A stretch of 64,000 nucleotides of DNA from an uncultured Acidobacteriaceae bacterium. GTDB taxonomy: Bacteria; Acidobacteriota; Terriglobia; Terriglobales; Acidobacteriaceae. Below the pieces are notes generated by a model. That model saw only the letters and a list, made by a program, of their open reading frames with translations. It was not told the origin of the DNA and did not search any database. Shown piece by piece: positions 60,552-64,000 of the stretch. The stretch is taken from assembly GCA_963836565.1 (NCBI GenBank), contig CAWIKA010000005.1, positions 557,685 to 621,684 of the forward strand. The letters are read 5' to 3'. The position numbers and the translations under genes are program-made. Within the stretch, counting starts at the first letter, position 1; each line of letters begins with the position of its first letter.

Positions 60552-60904
60552 ATAAGCGGCCAATCAGTTCCCATTTTGAGGTGTGGAAAATATTGCACGT
60601 TGCGAGGCCGATCAGGCTATATCTTCACCAGCCGATACTCCGCGATAGAACGAGAATGCCAACTCTCATTTGCTCCTCTGCAACGCACTGCATGGATTCC
60701 AGGTATCAGAGGCCGTCATGAGCGCAACTCGTGCCGCTACGCGGCACTCAAGTCTCAGCAACGACCGACCCGTGCTCAAACAAGAAGTGAAAACACCCTG
60801 TTTGAAAGTAAGAAATCCGGCTGAAAAATAATACAGCGTCTGTCCCAGCCGCGCCATACCTGGCGTTGCTCAGATAATGCTGGTCTAAAAGATTGGCCGC
60901 TTAT
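60552..60904 (-). mobile_element. 353-bp non-autonomous derivative of the recombinase-primase element (inverted)
   Basis: Perfect terminal inverted repeats ATAAGCGGCCAAT (60552-60564) and ATTGGCCGCTTAT (60892-60904). The 60552 end matches R1; the 60904 end and outer flank match L2. Confidence 0.85.
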
Positions 60905-61255
60905 CTCCGCCAAGTCACTCATTGACCCGGTCGGATCGGCTATGCCTCTGGCAAGTTGCGGTATAACCGGCTGCTCGGACAAGTGATCACTGCCCAGCAT
61001 TTGCTGCGATTCTCTCGCGAGCGGTGAACAGCCATTGAACTCATCTAGTCTAGGGATCGATACTGCAAACTCGGTGTGTCGCCCGAAAAATGCAAGGCGG
61101 ATCGGAGAAATCGTGTGGGACGGTCCGCGTGGATGCCCTTGTCCCGGAGCGGCAGTTATAGTCTCCAGTAAGTCTCCAGGAAGTCCGCGCGGCTTCAGAC
61201 GATACGCTCGAACCCGCATAACCATTGCCGTTCATGCCGTATCCGGACGCATTCT

Positions 61256-61277
61256 AACCTCCTGCATCGGAAAATAA
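61256..61277 (+). repeat. attR of mnmE-integrated island
   Basis: AACCTCCTGCATCGGAAAATAA, a duplication of the mnmE 3' end. Confidence 0.92.
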
Positions 61278-61341
61278 TTCGACATCCAAGGACATCTCGG
61301 CATATCCGCCAAATCTCAACGCCGTTTTGAAAATGAATAAT

Positions 61342-63336
61342 TTATTGCCCGGAGGCATTCGAAGATGTCCGAGGAGAGCTGAGTGCCGCGACCTTCGCAG
61401 GAGCAGCAAGAGCCGCGAGCGTATCGATGTCGAAATATCGGTAAAGATCGAGGCAAAAAAGCTCAGGTGCGGAGCGAAACGGAACTGGCGTATCGATCAG
61501 GTAGCTCAGGCTCTTCATGCCATTCCGGCTCACCACGGTAGAGAAGTCTTCTGGCGCGATCGCCGCGGCAGTCAAGGCAATTACCTGGTTGCGAATACCG
61601 TCTGTTTCCACCTGCACAGGCTGACCGGTGGTGGAATGGAGCCAGCTTGCAATAGCTACCAATTGCGCGGTTTCCAAGCCCAACGGACGAGCGCCGCTGC
61701 TGTCTGCCAGCAGTTCCCACGGTACGCGATCTGGCAAGAGGTCGCCATTGAAGAATAGATCCAGTGCCAACACCTGTTTCCCGCGGTCCAGGTTCTGGGT
61801 CACCATGTCTGTGGCGGCTTTGTAGCCTTCGTCATCAAGCACGATGGTCGCCGGCGCGTTCTCAGGAGCAGCTTCTTCGCGGAACAATATCGCATTGGCG
61901 CTGAGTTCGTTAGAAAAATCGAAACGATAAGACACGGTGCGAAAATCAAAGGCTCTGCCGTTATCCACACGCAAGGCCTGTGCCATCGATACCGGCGCAT
62001 AGCGGACCACGGATTCCAACTTTTCTCGCTCTTTCTTTGCCCACACCTGGCGCCCTTTGCCGTCGGCCGGTGCCGATTCATGATGGATCTGCTGCGCCAG
62101 TTTTCTCGCCAGGGTAACGAAAGTTAAGTTATCGGCTGGCAGACCGATGGAAAGCTCTTGCAGGGTCCGGACCTCATTGTCGCTGTAAATCTCGCCATCC
62201 AACACAGGCAATTTGAAGTGCTCACTGAAGAAGCGATAGGCTTGGTCGCGATTATCCAACTGATAATTGTGTGTTCCAGGATAGAGATTCTCGCTCCAGG
62301 CCAGGCTAGCTGAGGCTCCGTAGAGCTGAAAAAATGGTTTTACCCGGTCATATATGTAGGGCCTCACCAAGGGAGCCCTAAAACAACAGTTATCCGTGCC
62401 ATTATGGATCTCCATCGTGGGACGAGGCGCCCGTACAGCAATCAATTCAGGATAGTCTTCACTCTGCATCAAATCAGGCGCGTCCTCTTCAATTTCGTCG
62501 GTATCCACCGGATGAGTGAGGTTCGACTCGCGCGAGCCAATCCCGGCCACCTCAACCGCGACCGCGACGCGTGGATCAAGGGCGCTCAGCATTACCGTCT
62601 GCCATCCACCTCCGGAGAGTCCGGTGACGCCGATCCGAGTTGTGTCAACCTCCTGCAATCCACTCAGGTAATCCAGCCCTCGACGCATGGAAAGATAAAA
62701 GATTCCCAGCGCATTTGAACCGACCAGGTTCAACTGGGAAGCGAAATCGTGTGCGTTTTCAGGATTCGCGAGCTCTCCGAAACCAATAAACTCCAGGTCA
62801 AGGGCGACGATCCCGCGCTTGGCGAAGTTAATGCAACGCTTCTGTTCGTATTCCACCCCGATCCCATCCGGCTCATGTCCCAGCAAGTTAAGAATTGCGG
62901 GCATACGCCCGGTGATATTTACCGGATCATAGAGAAGCGCGGTCGAATAGAAGCCCGGCACAACTTCAAGGCGCAATTTGTGAATCCGGTACCCGTGGCC
63001 GCTTTCAATGATCCCCACATCCTCGAACTTCGGGGCAGCATCAATCCATTCGCGCGGCCAGCCGTGATAAGCAACATCGTCGAGAACATGCTTGCGAACC
63101 CGCTCTTCCTCCGCACTCCACGATGCGGCCGTCGTAGGAGTGGGCAACGGAGGAATACGCTTCAGCAAGAATTCCTGCAGTTGATACTCCCGCGATGGAA
63201 CATCCCGCGAAGGCTGCGCCAGCGCCTCCTGCACGTAAGGCTTGCTGACCTGGGCATACCCGTACACTGCCCCCACCACCAGCAGGCAGGGCAATAATCC
63301 GGCAATCTGCAGACTGTGCCGGCATTTCTCCCGCAT
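61342..63336 (-). CDS. Exported alpha/beta hydrolase (acetylxylan-esterase-like)
   Basis: LNLLGHE, RIGVTGLSGGGWQT (GxSxG), APRP, DNCCF, GTHNY. Start uncertain. Confidence 0.78.
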   Translation of the reverse strand: MREKCRHSLQIAGLLPCLLVVGAVYGYAQVSKPYVQEALAQPSRDVPSREYQLQEFLLKRIPPLPTPTTAASWSAEEERVRKHVLDDVAYHGWPREWIDAAPKFEDVGIIESGHGYRIHKLRLEVVPGFYSTALLYDPVNITGRMPAILNLLGHEPDGIGVEYEQKRCINFAKRGIVALDLEFIGFGELANPENAHDFASQLNLVGSNALGIFYLSMRRGLDYLSGLQEVDTTRIGVTGLSGGGWQTVMLSALDPRVAVAVEVAGIGSRESNLTHPVDTDEIEEDAPDLMQSEDYPELIAVRAPRPTMEIHNGTDNCCFRAPLVRPYIYDRVKPFFQLYGASASLAWSENLYPGTHNYQLDNRDQAYRFFSEHFKLPVLDGEIYSDNEVRTLQELSIGLPADNLTFVTLARKLAQQIHHESAPADGKGRQVWAKKEREKLESVVRYAPVSMAQALRVDNGRAFDFRTVSYRFDFSNELSANAILFREEAAPENAPATIVLDDEGYKAATDMVTQNLDRGKQVLALDLFFNGDLLPDRVPWELLADSSGARPLGLETAQLVAIASWLHSTTGQPVQVETDGIRNQVIALTAAAIAPEDFSTVVSRNGMKSLSYLIDTPVPFRSAPELFCLDLYRYFDIDTLAALAAPAKVAALSSPRTSSNASGQ

Positions 63337-63485
63337 CTTAGGCTTGCTTCTCGCTCCTATGCAGTCCATTCATCTCCTGATTGAACGTCGCTATAGTCTT
63401 CAAGCAATCAGGGTGCCAGGAGATATTCAAGTGGCGTCGCCGCCAACTTACCTATCTCCTGGCACCCCGTTTGACCAAAGCCTTC

Positions 63486-64000
63486 TCAGAATTTGATTTT
63501 CAGCGCCATCTGGAGGATTCGAGGATCACCGGCAGAGCTGATTTGCCCAAAATTGCTGTCTTGAAGTCCGGCATCAGGGTCGCCAAAGTTGACATTGTTG
63601 AATGCGTTATAGAATTCCGCACGGAACTCATAGGTAGCGCGTTCTACTACTTTTCCAGTTTTCAAGAGAGCCAAATCCGTAGTGAAGAGCCTCGGACCGC
63701 GAAGAGAGTTCTTGCCGATGTTACCGTAAGTGCCGATGGCATTTGGAACAAAATCGGAAGTGTTGAACCACTCATTGATCAGCGCGGAATGGGAACGGCT
63801 TGTACTCAGCTGCGTATCCTTTATGTTTGCCACAGTGATGTCCGGACGGTCATTCCCCATCGCAGAGAAGGAATTATCGTCTTCGGCGAATGACGTAAAC
63901 GGAAAGCCCGTTTGCCAGTTTGAGATAGAACTGAGGTTCCATCCGTTGATCGCCTTATCTGCGACCCCTTTAATCGGAATCCGGGGAAAGGCATAGTTTC
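63486..64000 (-). CDS. Oar-like TonB-dependent receptor, C-terminal part (continues beyond the window)
   Basis: INGWNLSSISNWQTGFPFT, YGNIGKNSLRGP, EFRAEFYNAFN, PRILQMALKIKF. Confidence 0.92.
   Translation of the reverse strand, partial: NYAFPRIPIKGVADKAINGWNLSSISNWQTGFPFTSFAEDDNSFSAMGNDRPDITVANIKDTQLSTSRSHSALINEWFNTSDFVPNAIGTYGNIGKNSLRGPRLFTTDLALLKTGKVVERATYEFRAEFYNAFNNVNFGDPDAGLQDSNFGQISSAGDPRILQMALKIKF

Larger units (their letters stand above)
33056..61277. mobile_element. ~28.2-kb genomic island (decayed ICE/IME) inserted in the mnmE 3' end
   Basis: att duplication; relaxase, coupling protein and ParB remnants; intron; IS; many pseudogenes. No intact att-proximal integrase seen. Confidence 0.9.

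Noticed and set aside
60905-61255. Remnant of the island integrase next to attR
   Set aside because: No recombinase motifs found in the frames translated by hand; a sensitive tblastn would be needed.
61303-61312. TATCCGCCAA just outside attR as another element junction
   Set aside because: Only the short core matches, with no 13-bp arm; chance cannot be excluded.
1-64000. tRNA, rRNA and known anti-phage defence genes
   Set aside because: None recognised by eye; tRNAscan-SE and DefenseFinder would be needed to exclude them formally.

Overview
A 64-kb GC-rich bacterial chromosome segment, most likely Acidobacteriota (Terriglobia-like). That assignment is an inference from the PadR plus 'orphan' MacB/FtsX-like (ADOP-type) permeases, Oar-like TonB-dependent receptors and typical Ig-like proteins. 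Bases 1-33055 are mostly core genes: partial GH67 alpha-glucuronidase, TlpA, PabB-PabC fusion, kbl, ruvA, HU, five ADOP permeases with two PadR genes, a serine hydrolase, a TonB-dependent receptor and mnmE. Bases 33056-61277 form a ~28.2-kb genomic island integrated in the 3' end of mnmE, bounded by a 21-bp att duplication (33034-33054 and 61256-61276). The island carries a metal-homeostasis cluster, regulator/enzyme pairs, a decayed MOBF conjugation module, an intact RmInt1-like group II intron and a 5'-truncated IS110/IS1111-type element with its 3' non-coding RNA region. The most interesting item is a 3,961-bp element (41555-45515) encoding a Zn-ribbon protein, a CHC2/Toprim DnaG-like primase and two translationally coupled tyrosine recombinases, bounded by 13-bp inverted repeats. 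Additional diverged left ends (33345-33493) and right ends (46622-46669) nest around cargo genes, and a 353-bp gene-less derivative with perfect terminal repeats lies inverted at 60552-60904. After the island come an esterase-like gene and a partial TonB-dependent receptor. No tRNA, rRNA or CRISPR array was seen.
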